DNA from: Trichoplax adhaerens
Taxonomy: Eukaryota; Animalia; Placozoa
Reading direction: 5' to 3'
Length of the DNA stretch: 64,000 bases
Assembly (NCBI RefSeq): GCF_000150275.1
Contig: NW_002060961.1
Coordinates: 186,001 to 250,000 of the forward strand
The first letter of the stretch is position 1, and each line of letters begins with the position of its first letter. Below the pieces are notes generated by a model. It saw only the letters and a list, made by a program, of their open reading frames with translations. It was not told the DNA's origin and did not search any database. A program made the position numbers and the translations under genes. Positions 24,791 to 39,715 of this stretch are shown here, in pieces.

Positions 24791-25280
24791 ACGTAAAATC
24801 TATCGATGCATATGTACATCGACAGTATGATTCATTTCGATCTCGATCAATCGGTGTATTATTGAATGCGTGGTTTGGCAACGATCCAAATTCAGATGAT
24901 CCATCAAGAGAGATCGATTGATATCCATGTTACTTAATTCAAATTGGCTCATACTGAAGCATTTTATTCCATTTTGAATAATGGAATAGGAAATGAATCA
25001 CGTTCGTCCATTCTACAGTAACTATTTCTAGAACTCGATTTAATTGATTTTAATGTTGGATCAAGTTGAACAATCCATGATGATATTCAAATAGGCTTGT
25101 GTATGCAATACTGTGTCGTAGCCATTTTGGTGAATTTCCTCTACTCGTATTGTACTTTACGTCTTTAGCACACCAAAGAGCATGCGCAATTCTACAGTAC
25201 TACAGTACAGTGGAAGGCATTGACTGTACAGTACAGTATGAGATCAGCTTGTACTGTACGCAGTGTTGGTTCCCTTTTGA

Positions 25281-25312
25281 CGGTCATGTGATCCTGGCAA
25301 TGGTCACATGAC
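25281..25312 (+). promoter_or_regulatory. Paired E-box/M-box motifs (GTCATGTGA, GTCACATGAC) upstream of TMEM35 copy 1
   Basis: ggtcatgtgatc and ggtcacatgac lie ~160-190 bp upstream of the ATG, next to a TACAG tract. This is a motif match only. Confidence 0.3.
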
Positions 25313-25471
25313 TGGATACCGTAGTGTACGATGGTCCTGTGGTACCAAGGTAGAGGGAGAGTGGGCAAGCGGTCTAGCCATCTATATCTAGTGTAGCTTA
25401 TATTACAGCTTGCTCATCATTTCCTTGCGTTGTTGATTAAGCGGCAGTCTGCGTTATTCTACTACAGCAAA

Positions 25472-27929
25472 ATGGCAGTTTTCAAATGGCTACTAAGGAC
25501 AATTCTTGCTGGAGCATTTATCCTTGGAGGTGCTGTCAAGCTCATGCCAACGATTCATGAAGAAGCCTATCAGCATATGGTAAATTCCAATGCATACGAT
25601 GTGCAATCTTGATTAGGGCCAATGCAATCGACATTGTCTGTATGTAGAATGCACTTTTTATTCCATATTGTGCCGTCATTCAAATTAGTTTGCATGATTA
25701 GCTTGCTAACCCTCCCACCCACCTACCCTTCGCAAATCAAATCATGCCGTAGTCTTGCTGTACACTCTACTTTAGGATGAAAAAGGTTGTCTTAGTTGGC
25801 TGGCTATCAGTCATCATGCACACCGTATCGCCATGGTAATCGAGAATGGATGATTACTTTCATGACAGCTCCATATCTTTCCATAGATTGATGAAACCGT
25901 CCCACTAGGGAGGATCATTTTTGTCTGTGCAACGATAGCCTATCTAGGCGCTGATGACGACCTGTATCAATAACTTATTCCAATTTAATAAGTACTAGAC
26001 TGTTATTGATCATTCCTAGGATACAGTATTTAAAGCCAGTGTTCAGCTTGACTCACTCCACAAGTCTCCATCTTGATATAATAATCACATTTCTGCATAT
26101 CAAGACGAGGATGGATTTAATTTGATTATCCAAGGCTTACAAGCTGACGTAAAGACACAACTGCATCACTTTAGTGAAAGCGGATTCTACCCGCTCGAGA
26201 ATTACTTACACTAACTAGTACTAAGCATAAAATCAACGCCTTCATACTGGGTATAGTTTGCCTACAGCTTAAGCCATGGCAATAGTTGCATCAAGATAAA
26301 ATCAAATTCCCCTTTTTACAGCCAAAACCCTTTCAAAACCATCATCAATGAGATCATGCATGGTCTATTTGATCAAGATATTAGTTTTGTTTACAGAATA
26401 AGATGAACCATGTGTTTTTTCTCACGTACCATACAGCACAAATACAATCGCTCTATTTGTTGTACTTTGTACTACCTTCATTTGCAGTTAATGCTGGCTG
26501 GTGTTTTTTCTGGCACTTTGACCGTACCGACCGATACTACAAGATCATGCTTGACAACAGGACTAATTTAGCATTCTGGGCACACTTTTGACGGAACACA
26601 GTGTCCACTGTGCAATGTAGAATAAGACACGCATAAGCATGACAACAAAAATGGCGTTGATTACCTTCCGTAACATATGCCTTCAATACAGTAGAATGAA
26701 GTGGAAGTAACTGACAATTTACCAAGTACAGTAGACATCAAGAGCATAGGCAATGCAGTAGTATAAGACGATATCGTCCTCAACAAGCAAGTACACAAAA
26801 TTGCTATACTATATATGCAATCCACCAATATGCAGGCCACAAAGTACCGTACTCAAAGGTACCCTATGATCGCTTATTGTAATAACTGAAAATGAATGAT
26901 GACATTCATCTTTTCCTGCCAATGATCATTTCAAATTTCTATGCATAACTACAAATATTAAAGGTCTGCAATAACACTAGCACTGGCTATGCCAACACCT
27001 TTATTGCCTATCCTAGACAGAAGCCACAGTCGATTTGAATTTCTAGACTACATTACTTCTAGAATCAATATACTGTACAAACACTCATGGACATCATTAC
27101 TACGTCCATCAACATCAGGATTGCATAGTAACAGATCACGTTGATAAGCTAGCAAAGCCCCTTTTCATCAAAATTGCCATATCCTGCCCAGAAGACAGAA
27201 GCCGCAGTAGATGTCAATTCCTATATTAATTTAATTTAGAATCAATACATAAACACTCATGATCATAACTACTACGTTCACCATGACTGTAGGGTAACAA
27301 CTAACTTTCACGAGCTAATTCAATGCCCCTTTCTATCAAGATTGCCATAGAACAAAATTAAATCAAATTCGCACTTAAATGAACATCTCTGTGACTGTCT
27401 GGTAATACTACAACAAGGATAATAATACTCTTTCTATTGCAAACACACTTGCTACCCACTAGATGTGCATTACATTAGAATGATTACAAATAGCACTTGT
27501 AACCAAATACGATTTTGGACAGTAGACCACGAGCTTGTAAAAGATGTAGAAAGTAAATTGATGTCATCATCTTACAATACAAAATCTCTTTTATTTTAAT
27601 CAAAGGACAAGGCATTTGCTCAGTTTTTCGATTTCCTGCCATTCGAACGTATTAGCTATCCTACTAGCCATAAACAGTTATTACAAGTTACCGGAATGAC
27701 TGAAGTAGCCTGTGGTACATTCATGTTTATTGGGCCTGCTTTCCTACGAGCCCTTAGCAGCATGATCTTGATGGGCATTATCAGCGCCGTCATGTACAGC
27801 ATGCATTCGCTGAAACATCCTCAAGAACATTTTATCCCTGTTGGCGTATTGTTCGGATTGCTATTTTTGGAACGAATGTTTAGTGGTGGCTCCGATAGTA
27901 GCTCGGCGAAAAAGCAAAAGTATCAATAA
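25472..27929 (+). CDS. TMEM35B: TMEM35/NACHO-family (DoxX-like) ER membrane protein, copy 1
   Basis: Exons 25472-25579 (MAVFKWLLRTILAGAFILGGAVKLMPTIHEEAYQHM) and 27606-27929 (DKAFAQFFDFLPF..GMTEVACG..FIPVGVLFGLL..KKQKYQ). Four hydrophobic segments and a C-terminal KxKxx ER-retrieval motif. Confidence 0.8.
27018..27350. repeat. Intronic diverged tandem duplication (~175 bp)
   Basis: cagaagcc.cagt.gat...tagaatcaata..aaacactcatg..actacgt.ca..gccccttt..atcaa.attgccata occurs at ~27018 and ~27195. Confidence 0.75.
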
Positions 27930-30694
27930 CCGATCCACTTTGCACTAGCTTGGTTATAATGCTGTACTATTGTTTGATTGATTCCATGATTCTCTAGAGC
28001 AGTATGAAATTGTACTACATTTCGCCAACTTCAAATTGCATCCGTGAACATGAAACTGTCAGGAAAGCTCTACTGTGTCAAATTTTTCATTTCCTGTTGC
28101 GTTTGATTGAGTTGAATTTGCTTTCTTATCGATCAACTTAATATCGAAGATATTGACTATTAATAAAATTTTTAAATACTCCGTTAAATAGTTAAATTGC
28201 TATATTGACCATGTTATCACATTGCATTACCATAGTTGCACATTAGAAAGACGTTCAGTCTTGACAAATGGAGTCATACCCAATAGATAGGGTTATACTA
28301 TGAATTTAAATTAACAGCACGCGTTCATTAAAATAAATAACCTCTTCAATAATACAGTACTTACTTAACATGAGTGAGAATGGATTGTTAAAAAAAAAAT
28401 AGATGTTAACACATAATTACAGCCTATCTTAGTTCAATATGGTAGTTATTGTGTTGGTATCTCCTACATAAATCAAGCAATTTAGTTGATACTAGAATAG
28501 CCGATTCCAATGTTTATATGCTTATTAAAATACAATAGAATAGAAACTACTAATGAAATAGAGGAAATAAACTCATATTTGGACTAACCACATAAGAATT
28601 ATTGTCAATTCTCTCACTAAGCTGGACAGAAAGCTTTAAAAGAGAAAAATTATTCATAGAGCGTTCTCTGGCTAACCTTGCTTAGGAAAATGTTTATCAC
28701 ATTTCATTCATAATTAATCATTACCTGCATAGATTAATACATATAGAATAACATCATCTAATCAGAAAGGTATGCTATTGCTGTCATGATAAAACGAATT
28801 GTACCATCTTTTGACAATTTATTACCACACTAATAAGGATCAAATTGTAGCCAGTATTCAATTTCGAATTAAGATTGTGTCAACGATATCGATACTAAAA
28901 TTGACGTAGCATATTCTACTACGATACTCATAATTCGTCATAGCCTTCTATAGTATATAAAATAATCAACGATATAATTTATCACCCAATCTTGCCAATA
29001 TTTCATAATTGTACAATATTCACTTAATTTCAAAGGTAAAAAGTCGTCAGACAAATGATGTTATTTACTGTTACTGACAAACTAAGCGAGTGATTTTAAC
29101 ACCGGTAGCGAATTAAAAAAAAGATCGCTCAAAATAGCATAAAACGTTACTAGGATGAAATCTCTAAAACAAATATGCTATAATCCATTCTAATTATTCA
29201 TTAACTTCAAATTTGTATAATATACATGTCCGGCGATGTTAATGCATAACTGATTTTTTTCAGTGTACACCATGTTAAACTAGACGGCACGACACATTGG
29301 AATCTGCAACACATATATCAACATAGCAGTTATGGATTTAGTAATAAACTCAGCATCAATGATATCACGGAGTCCTGAATTTTAATCCTTAAACTTGTGC
29401 CTGTACAGTAATTATTCAATTGAAATTCAGCACCTTTAAGGCGGACTAGTTCAAAAAAAATTTTAGGTAATACCAAGTATTGTCAATTAACATGTATAAA
29501 GCTGCATAAACACCTGCTGAGCCATAAGTTTACATGTTTGGACAAGCAAAGCCATCCTATCAAATTTTCTTATACAACGCTTTATTTCAACATAATATGC
29601 ATATAGTGATCAAAAATAAACTTAAAAGCCATTTATATAACCCTACAGTACGCCAAATGGTGTCTTTTAAAGTATATCCAATTTCAATCATTGCTTGCTA
29701 TATGCCTCAATTCAAAGAACAACCGCATTTGTGATGCTGGTTAATTTACCCATAAATACTTTTTACTTCTAGGGATTAACCTGCGATAATTTTAGTTTAA
29801 CTGGCTGCATCAAGACTGTTTCAATTCTATCCTTTTGAAAGAAAGCGATGTAACAAAAAGGATACAGTTGCTTATATTTTATTACTACACGTATCCAACA
29901 CTATTACTGTAGTGGTCTACACATGCGACAATTTTATGCCGACGTGATCTGATAATTAGCTATTAACTGTCAGTGATTGATATCAATGTCATGTCGAGTA
30001 CCATGCCGAGTAAAGTCCAATGGACTTTGTAAACAGAGCTTTAGTAGAATAAATCTTGCCATTTCAATTTTATTTTGAACTCTGGACTCCACGCGTGTAC
30101 GTGGCAGAATTTCTGTCCTTAGCAGCTAAATTCATAATCTATAAGTAATTATTAGTACCTTTATACAAGTAAGATAGATGCACTGGTTAAATGGCATGTA
30201 CATTGTATAAGCACTAAATGTGCAACATGCACGTAGAATATTTTTCTACTAGAATCTTTCAGCATGGAGTCAGCAACCCATAGACTACATGGAAAGACCC
30301 CTGTACCGTGGACGTAGTCCATTATGCTGTGGATGTTTTCATGAGCTGCTATTTCTCGCATCTTTTCTGGTAGTATTGCATATTGCGTTATGATATAACG
30401 GGTATTATTTCTTGGAAATCCTTTACTATATGTATGCACAACAGGTAGTATATGATATTTAATATAGCACCAGCTGCATTAAAGTATTCAATAAACAAAG
30501 TACTATAAACTTGAGATATCTAGTTTCACTCGTACAGTACTTATAAAATAACTCTCAATGTTTCCGTTCTTCATTCTTTTAACTTGACAACTACTAGCAA
30601 TTTGTCGACTGCCATTCTAGCACTGCCTAGTAAATAAGATAGTTGCTCTTAACACTTTGCAATATAAGTACTGTATCTATCAAATAGAAGCAGC

Positions 30695-30990
30695 TATCGA
30701 AAGTGGCATTTGTGCTGGTGTTAATAAAGTTAATTCTTGCGAGTCCATTCACTTAATCTAATGGAAGCACCTATCTTAAATGGTATTTGCGCTGTTGTTA
30801 GTAAAGTTGATTCTTATGCGTGCATGCATTTAATCTAATAACGGTACCTATCAAAAATGGCATTTGTTCTGTTGTTAATAAAATTAATTCTTAAGGGTGC
30901 ATTCATTTAATCTAACAGAACTACCTATCGAAAATGGCATTTATTTTGCTGTAAATAAAGTTGATTCTTACGGATACATTCATTTATGGA
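30695..30990. repeat. Four tandem copies of a ~77-bp unit
   Basis: ctatc.aaa.tggcattt..gct..t.aataaagtt.attctt...catt.aatctaa starts at ~30695, 30771, 30849 and 30925. Confidence 0.85.
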
Positions 30991-32955
30991 GGCATTGTAA
31001 CGCTAAAGCCAGATATTAACGTCAACTATCATCGTAGAATCGTAATTTCTATCTACTATACAAGTTTAGTATAGATGACTATCATAAGTATTACCTTTCG
31101 ATGCTACCGCTTCTGCTGAATAAATACAAAATTTACGTAAAACTATTCCGGTATCGATCATGATTTATAAATTCTGTTAATCAATCAGTGAAGACTCCAT
31201 TTCGAAACAAAGATAGCAAAAGCGATAGACTCAATATATCTGCAATCTTATTTCTGACATTTTTTCCTTTTATCTCCATGCTTTATATAGCTGCAGGTAT
31301 GTCCCCATGTCATTCTAGAAAACTAGATAACAATATACAAAATTTTGTAGATACTTTTCTATAATGGAAAGTAAAAATTTTCCCGATAATTGTCAATCTC
31401 CTCTTAGTTATAGGCAGATATAGATCCTTTACTAGTATAGAATCATATGGTACATACCAACAGCCATCAATGATATCATACATGAGACTATACAGTGTAA
31501 CTAAATTAGGTTCGCACTGCGTAAACTTAAAATTTATAGAATCCGAAATCGTCTATAAAACAACCTTGATCTTTTATTGATCATTGAAAAATTTAATAAT
31601 AAATGCTACATGTTCTTACCAAATGAGGTACATGAATTTAGCTCTGAGCTAGGTTCTTGTACAAAATTGTCTGGACGAAGATACAATCGATGTTCCTGGC
31701 TAGATTGTTGGCCTTCGATAAAAGTCATTTTACTTTACAATTCATCAATAGCTGGTGGACACAATTCTGTACGAAGTATTTATTCCTGCAGAATAAAATT
31801 TATACGATCAATTAAAGGTGGTGCTACTATATTAAAAGATAATCCTTCTTAGCAAGTAAATGAAACATTATAGCTTCGAAATATGACAAAATAAAATAAA
31901 TATTACTAGTACAATTAGCGCTTGCCCTCGTGCTATGAACCTGTGTTGTAGTCATTTAGCAACTTAATCGTTATGTCACTTGTGTAGAGAGTTAGACCAA
32001 CGATGATATATTTTACATTAAACAACATAATGTGACGAATGAAATCATTTATGTATTAATTATCTATTGCTACGATACGCTGAAGTTATAATATGTTCTA
32101 TTATATCTAAAGTATTCTTAACAACAGAATTATTTACGTCGGTATGTAATAAATCATCTAGTGAGTTGAAAAAGTGATAAAAATAAATTTCTATTATATT
32201 GTAACTAAACAAGAAATTAATTTCATAAACAGTACCGTAGATTATACGCGTATGAAATCACAATATTTAGATTTAAGAACCTAAATTTAAACGCCTTTCT
32301 AATCCATCATCTACATATAGTACTGTCTTAATTTTTAGTTAGTATACCGTATAATCACTACTTCTAATTTAATGGCAATATATGATATTTACGTTCTAAT
32401 TATACAGTAAAATTTATCGCACATTTTCATCTTTGTTACAATAAGATGTCACCTAGCATTAAATTATACGCTATATATGATATGCGTACTTGCACATGTA
32501 TGCTTTATATTCGAATTTCTTCACTGTGTGATATTGTAATTGTTGGAATGCTATCTATACGCTATTGATTAATTGAAATCGAAATTTTAAGTAATAAATA
32601 TTAATATGAAAACTAATGACTTTGTTCTATCCCATAATAAATAAAAATTTAGACCAGAACATTGAGCATTAGCGTGTGAAAATCCTACACTGTGCTGTAT
32701 AATAGCGTTGATATCTACGAGAATCATACTATTGTTAATAATAGACATCTTTTCAAAAGCTAATTTGTATAACCGATATACAGTATAACAACTACGTAGT
32801 TATCTATCAACTTTATTTACTTAGTCAACAACAATAAAACAATTTTACTACGCAGGACAATAACTAATTTCTAATTACAGAACCAGGCATGATAAGTATT
32901 TAAACGTAGTCATCAGCTTTATAGTTGTATTGTGGTAAGTCTCTTTTGAAGCAAG

Positions 32956-34772
32956 ATGGCCGTTGGTAAATGGATAGTTCGAACAGTTCTTGCATCTGTT
33001 TTTATTACTTTAGGTACAATTAAGATAGTCCCGTACGTTGGTAAAGATGTACACAAGCACATGGTAGGTAATATTAAAACTAGCTTACAGTACACTTCTC
33101 TGATAAGTTTGCACTACTATTACTATTGATAAGTAATCATGGCATATACACTATCAATAAAATATTATAAAATTGATGGTAAGGATAATTTGTTGCTAAC
33201 AGATTGAAAAGAATAGTTGATGACAACTATTTATGTCATTTCTACAATATAATCGTAGACAGACTGTTACAAATATGATGAAAATAAAAGGTAACATCAG
33301 ATTAAACATTACCCTTAAACAGTTCATCTCCGAAGCTATTGCAATGAAAATAACTAAGCAACATAAACTTACCTTACAATAACATCGGCTAGAAAATTGA
33401 AAAATAAACGGATGATAGGTCCTCATCAATGGATACCGTCGTTAATATGCCAGTCCTCAATATTATTGAAATTCGGCTTTCACTAGTTAACGGCAGCTTC
33501 CTATTGCATCTACTTCATTTACACTGACAGATTAATATCCGAAAGAAATCAGTATTGAACCACAAAACTATGTCTTAGCAGATACTTACAAGTAAATACA
33601 TAAGTTTCACAATAATTATAATAATTATTAAAGGACAATAATTTGGGCATCACTATATGCGTAAGTTGGATGCTAACTATCAAATGCGTATTAGATTTTC
33701 TTATATTGCTGAAAATTAAAAAGAGAGGTGAAGATATTGTATGATAGGACTAGAGTTTTATTTAGTCCACTCTTATATAGCTATTTCTCTGATAAACTGG
33801 TCAATTCTTAAGTTCTATCCTAGCACTGCGTTTTAACAACTTTCTAATTAAAATGAAACAATGTGCGTTAATATGATCATGAATCGAGTAAAATTTTCAT
33901 AGCATGGCCCGTGGTTAAAAATATTGAATACAGTAAAATTATGATTCATTAACGTTATAAATACCCAAAGCTATAACTGTTACTGTATGCACTAACATGT
34001 TCTATCGTCTTAGTATACCATCATCTTAGTCATAACGCCAAAAGTAATTATCTTTGCCACTCATATAGGATAATGTTGCTTAATTGTACTCTACCATATA
34101 CTAGATCATTTTTACTACTTGCTATATCTATTCATTACGTTATAACTCCCCGTTTTAATACATTTTAGAATCATTCTATATCTCAAACTGAAACACTTTA
34201 GTTTATAAATTGTTTAACTATCTGTAATATAATGGCCACTTACGTCCAAGAAATACGCCGTAATTCCGTAAAAATAATATACATTTATCCATTTACAGTA
34301 TACTAATAGCATTAATGAAATTCAGAATTACGATAGCGTGCAANNNNNNNNNNNNNNNNNNNNNNNNNNNNNNNNNNNNNNNNNNNNNNNNNNAGGTATA
34401 CAGTAGTATATCTATAACGCTTGTATAATAAATCTTCTAAATACTTATTTTTAGAGTCAGGAATTTATTAAATTTGCTTCCGTTTTTCCGCTGAAATATA
34501 TTGGATTCACAATTGGAGCAAAACGCTATATGCAATTAACTGGAATATTAGAAGTTATTTGTGGCTCGCTTCTCATTTTTAGTTCAGGATCCTTACGAAC
34601 TATCTGCAGGTCCGCTTTGACGGTAACAATGGTTGCTGCTATATACACTTTGGGAGCTTTACGATATAATCCAGTCGAATTTATACCTGCAATCGTCTGT
34701 CTCAGCTTGCTGATTATTGATAGAAAATTGACTGATAATGATAGTAAGAGTATTAACACAAAAAAAAGCTAA
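32956..34772 (+). CDS. TMEM35B: TMEM35B-like (NACHO/DoxX family) membrane protein, copy 2
   Basis: Exons 32956-33063 (MAVGKWIVRTVLASVFITLGTIKIVPYVGKDVHKHM) and 34455-34772 (FIKFASVFPLKYIG..GILEVICG..MVAAIYTLGAL..FIPAIVCL). It matches the TMEM35B hallmarks FAEVFPLK and IPAIVCL. Confidence 0.87.
34344..34393. other. Assembly gap (50 N)
   Basis: Run of N inside the intron of TMEM35 copy 2. Confidence 0.99.
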
Positions 34773-36786
34773 AATGGGTTAGATTACATATATAAGCGAA
34801 CAATTTATGATATTCAGAATGGAAACAATGTCCTCGAGATTTAGCCATTAAACCTCTAAATTGTAAAATTTACAACGACACTTGCTTTGCTAATTTATTA
34901 CACTATACTAAAATTAATATATCAATTACGAGCTACAACTTGCTAGAAATATTTAAAAATAACGGATTTTGTAAGACATTCTATTAATAATATAAAATGT
35001 AAATGCTTCCATAAAATCAATTTCTTACAGTCTACTTTAAGAGAAGCACAAATATGATTTGTATACCAAAAGAAGCAATACGTTGATGTATCTGTAGGGA
35101 AGTGACGTAAAGTCATATTGATGCTGATATTAAGTTGTACGGATGTCTAATAAATTAGTAAGTACATGATGATACGGTCAACTGGAGTGCGTGCTGTATT
35201 GGTGTAACAAAGTATAACAGTCCATGTTAAACTAGAACCTAACCTAATAGGGCGAGCTATTACAGCATCATATTTACTGTACGCTCGCATATATAAATAC
35301 TGTATAAGTAAGTATATACTATGACCCGTGCAGTATAGTATTAATAAAGATTAACTATACTGCTATTGCTTAGAAATAATTTGCTCACATCAGGGTTTAC
35401 GAAGAAAAGAAATGTAGGTCTGATAATTTCCACTATATCCGTATTATCCCTTATTCCTTACGATGACCATTACGTAGTAAAGCAGTCCTGCGTAAAATAG
35501 TAGCTATAGCTGTGAAAGATATTCGATTATTTCGTACAGCAGCATTACTATGCGAAGTGATAAAGAGTAAAAGAAATCGACCTGTTCCTATACAGTATAC
35601 GCATAGAAACTGACTCCATAAATTATACATTGTTATCGTTATCTCAGCCTACTTCGGTACTGATCTAATATCAGAAGACCAAAAAGTATTCTTGATGCAG
35701 TATTATAATTATACTCTTCGAGCAATTAGAGGTATAAATTAAAGAGGCAAAAATCACTGCCACTATAAGTTGACAATTTATTTATTTTTTGTTGTTGTTG
35801 AGAATGACTATAATAAAAAACAAAAGGAATCTGTACAAGAATTTTTCGAATCATTTATTATGTCTGATACCGAGTATAGCATAAAATGATTTATACATTA
35901 TCATATATCTAAATAATGTTAAAATTTCTTTGTTGCATTACATCTTTGACATTGGTTTAAGCATCTGACTAGTAGAAGATGCTAACAATATATAAGTCTT
36001 TGAATCGTGATCAGTTAATTATATATTGGATATCTAACTGTATGAATATAAACGGTACACGTATACAATACATGAGAAAATATTGGAGCCAGCGCGTACC
36101 CCTTCATTCTCTATGAAATAAGTGATTATCAGTATAGATGTCAATGTAGGAAGTAGATTGAGATCAGTAAATCATGATTGGAACAAGTTACTGATACTAT
36201 TATCTTCATCAAGTGGTATTTATACAGGAACGGTCTATAATTTACAAAGCTTCAGAAACGTATCAAGGTCATAATCAAATAGAGCGGACATATTACCATC
36301 CTAACAATTGATTCTTATCCACATTACCATGTATGTGCCTATTATTCTAAAACTGTTTTCTATACACGTCTAAATCGAAGTCAGTACTTGCTAACTACAG
36401 CCATTTCAATCTAACCTTAGGGTCTTTCTCAATGTACAATTTATCTCTTCGTAGGTAGATTTTACAATACTATGGCTATAATTTAACATGCCTTAATTAA
36501 CGCGAAGTTAAAAGAAAATCTATTTATATGCATTTTCTTCCTTGAAAATTCGGAGATTTGTACGTGTAATTTTTATACTTATTGCTTCATCAACTCAAAT
36601 GTTTGTAAGTCAATACCAAAATTTGTATCCAGTTCAGTAGTTCAGATATAGATTTAGTCCATATGACGTTAAACATCACAGAATAAAAGTTATTAATTTG
36701 GATTTGCTTTAAAGTACCATTGTACGGATACCTTGAGATTAATTTAATGATTTCCCATGGAGAGTGAAGATAAGCGGAAGCGTCTA

Positions 36787-39434
36787 TCAATAATGCCTGT
36801 CTGGAATTTTTGAGTAATTTAGAGATAAGGTTTCGTGGTATAGCTGTCAAAATGTCACAGACAAGTACACAAAATAGATTAACGATAGCGAAGTAAGCTC
36901 AAGCGACTTCCAAATCCTGTGCTACGACGCGACATAAAGCTAAATTCTACGATAACTTTTATGTATTACCTGACTAGTGGATCTTGGATTGCCTTGGTAG
37001 CATTTATCTATTACCTACAGTAATCATTCATTACCATAATTTCATGTACGTAAGTAAGGCCAGCAGCAACAATATGGTCAAATTGGGGACATTTTAAGAG
37101 AAAATCCTAGAAGTCCCTCGTAAAACTAATCAACTTAAAATAACCATCCATCTGTACAGTACCTTGTCGAAGTAAGACTTTAGTTTGCCCTGGATCTTGC
37201 GATCGGATAGGAAACCCTTCACCTGGCTACAATCCTGTAAAGAGACATACGTAACAATGGTTACTGACAGCGTCCATGAAAGCTACAGTATACCTGTAAT
37301 AAGACGAAAACTAACCAAGTTAATCGATTCTGCTCCAAATTCCGATGCTAATCCGGGTTTCGATCTTGACATCTCCTTATTAGATGCTACCTGATTCTAA
37401 TTATAACAACATATAATCAGTCGCACTATCATTACGACGGAACTTTCCCTAAAACTTCAAATTGGCGAGCAGAGATATTGAAAGGCATGATACTACAGTA
37501 GTAAAGAAGTTGTGTACTTTGAAAAGTACTTACTAATTTCGTGCCCACTAGTAAAATCGGGACATTACTAGTACCAGCAAACTGTTCAGGATCGTATTCT
37601 TTTGGGCTGGCGAATAAGTATATATATATTGTTGGATATAAGCGATATTCTCGGTTTAATAAGACGATGCATCATTGAATATTGCAATGAACATAAAATA
37701 AATAGTCAGAAAAAAATTGAATCTTGATGATATTTTTTACCCTTCTTTGATAGGACTTTTCATGCCTAGAATTACATGAAATACATTAAATGATTACATC
37801 AATTGTAAAAACTATACGCCATGACAACTATCCCTGCTAAGCAGGATTGATTCATAATTTTGACCGACAAGTTAGTGTACTGTCTTTTCGGTTAGAGCAA
37901 TTGTACCTCAAGAGCGCAAAATTTGTAGTGCTGGTTATTTTACCTGCAGATTCTCGACTTCCAAGAGCTTCTTGTAGCCATTTTCTTAAGTTCATTAATG
38001 ATTTTCGATTGGATAAGTCATGCACGAGAATGATACCTAAAAATAGACAATTGTTGTTGAATACTCCATTAAGATGTCCGCTAAAATGTAGGGCTAGTAT
38101 GATATCGAGAAATCGGTAATTACTTGTCCGTTATTGATAAAATAAAGACAAGTGTATATGAATGTCTTCACAGACAGTTTGACGTTTCAAATTGTAAAGT
38201 AAATCAGCGCAACCAGCCGCTTACCATGAATAACGTTATAGAATATCCCTCTACTAGCGGCATGACTCGATGATCCACCGACATCAAACAGTTCAAGGAA
38301 ATACGGTTTATTCCCATGTCTATTATCGCCATACTCGTGAACCTAGTGTGTAGGAGATAACATTTGACACGTAAAACTTTTTAGTCCTGCGTCAAGGCAT
38401 GAACAAGTTATTCTGTCATGATTTAAGCATGCAATCGATCGATATTGCAATTACCGTAACAACTACAAAAGCAACACACCAAATATGACGATAAAATGAA
38501 GACTTTTTTTATTAGAACAATAAGCCCGAAAAGAGGCAATATGTGTCCTGTCGTTCGATGCAGTTTTGTATCATCTCGATTGACAAAGAATAAAGCTCGA
38601 TCATCATCATTAGATTGGCGGACCCTATCTTCAAATAGGCTTTCCTACGAAGTGGGTTATACCCATCTGCATACGATTCTATCGTGTTTGTAGATTTGAT
38701 TTTAATGTATTTAATTGGATGAAGTGATGTCGTAAAATATTTCAAGCAAACTGGAGTTGGCACTAGAGCTGATAGGAGATACTGTATGTTATTATCTACT
38801 GCACACTGGCATTCCCGCTACAGTAACTTAACAGTACCATTCCATTCCGACGAATTTTCATCTTGCAAAATATTTCATATTGTAATCGACATTGAAGGTA
38901 GAGTTATTGGTACACTTGTGCTAGCAGATATATTGCATATGATTTGCACTCACTTTTATACTACAAGTGAAAATAGATGGGTTCAACGACAGGTAATGGA
39001 GATCCACTTTGTCTCACCTTTACATGAATAGAGCAACCAATAGTCCAATACGGATTGGACAAAAATTCTTGATGGCAAAGTAGATGTATCAAGGTCGTTT
39101 TCCCCACTCCTAGAGATAGAAATAAGACAATTATTGTGAATGTTGAATAGTTTGAGCACCGATCATGTTGACCATGGATCTTTAGAATAGACTTGATGGT
39201 CAACAATTCAAAGTCAAAATGACTGTGTCCATTAGCAAGTTACTTCATTGTACTGTATGTTTCAATAACACTATTTTATCTTGTCTTTTATTCGATCAAT
39301 GGCTACAACTACTTCGTATTAGTCATTATTTTAAGTGGTCGTCTAGACCATCTAATCCTATCATTCCTATTGTGTAGCATCAAGTTCTGACCGGAATCAC
39401 CCAAGACTAAAATTCGAACTTTATCAACATCCAT
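36787..39434 (-). CDS. RABL3: Rab-like protein 3 (small GTPase)
   Basis: Spliced MDVDKVRILVLGDS|GVGKTTLIHLLCHQEFLSNPYWTIGCSIHVK|VHEY..YFLELFDVGGS..IFYNVIH|GIILVHDLSNRKSLMNLRKWLQEAL..EYDPEQFAG..PILLVGTKL..KLKSYFDK|VIDK..RHY*. Confidence 0.93.
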
Positions 39435-39715
39435 CTTGCAGTGGTGGCATCACTTCTACGCTTTGCTTTTTTTCTCAATCGAAAGCCAATAGAATGAAAT
39501 TTGAAGACGAGCTGCTAACGCTTATGTAGAGTAGAGTACAGTACTGCAGTATACAGTACGATATACAGTGCTGTACAGCAGTAATCGAGTACAGTATTAA
39601 CAGTACTAGAGACTGGAGCATAGAACCAAACCTTCGACAGGTGTATCTGCAATCCCTCAAGACCACAATGCTAATCGCTGGCATCAATCAATACGGAAAA
39701 GAGGGAGAGCATTAT

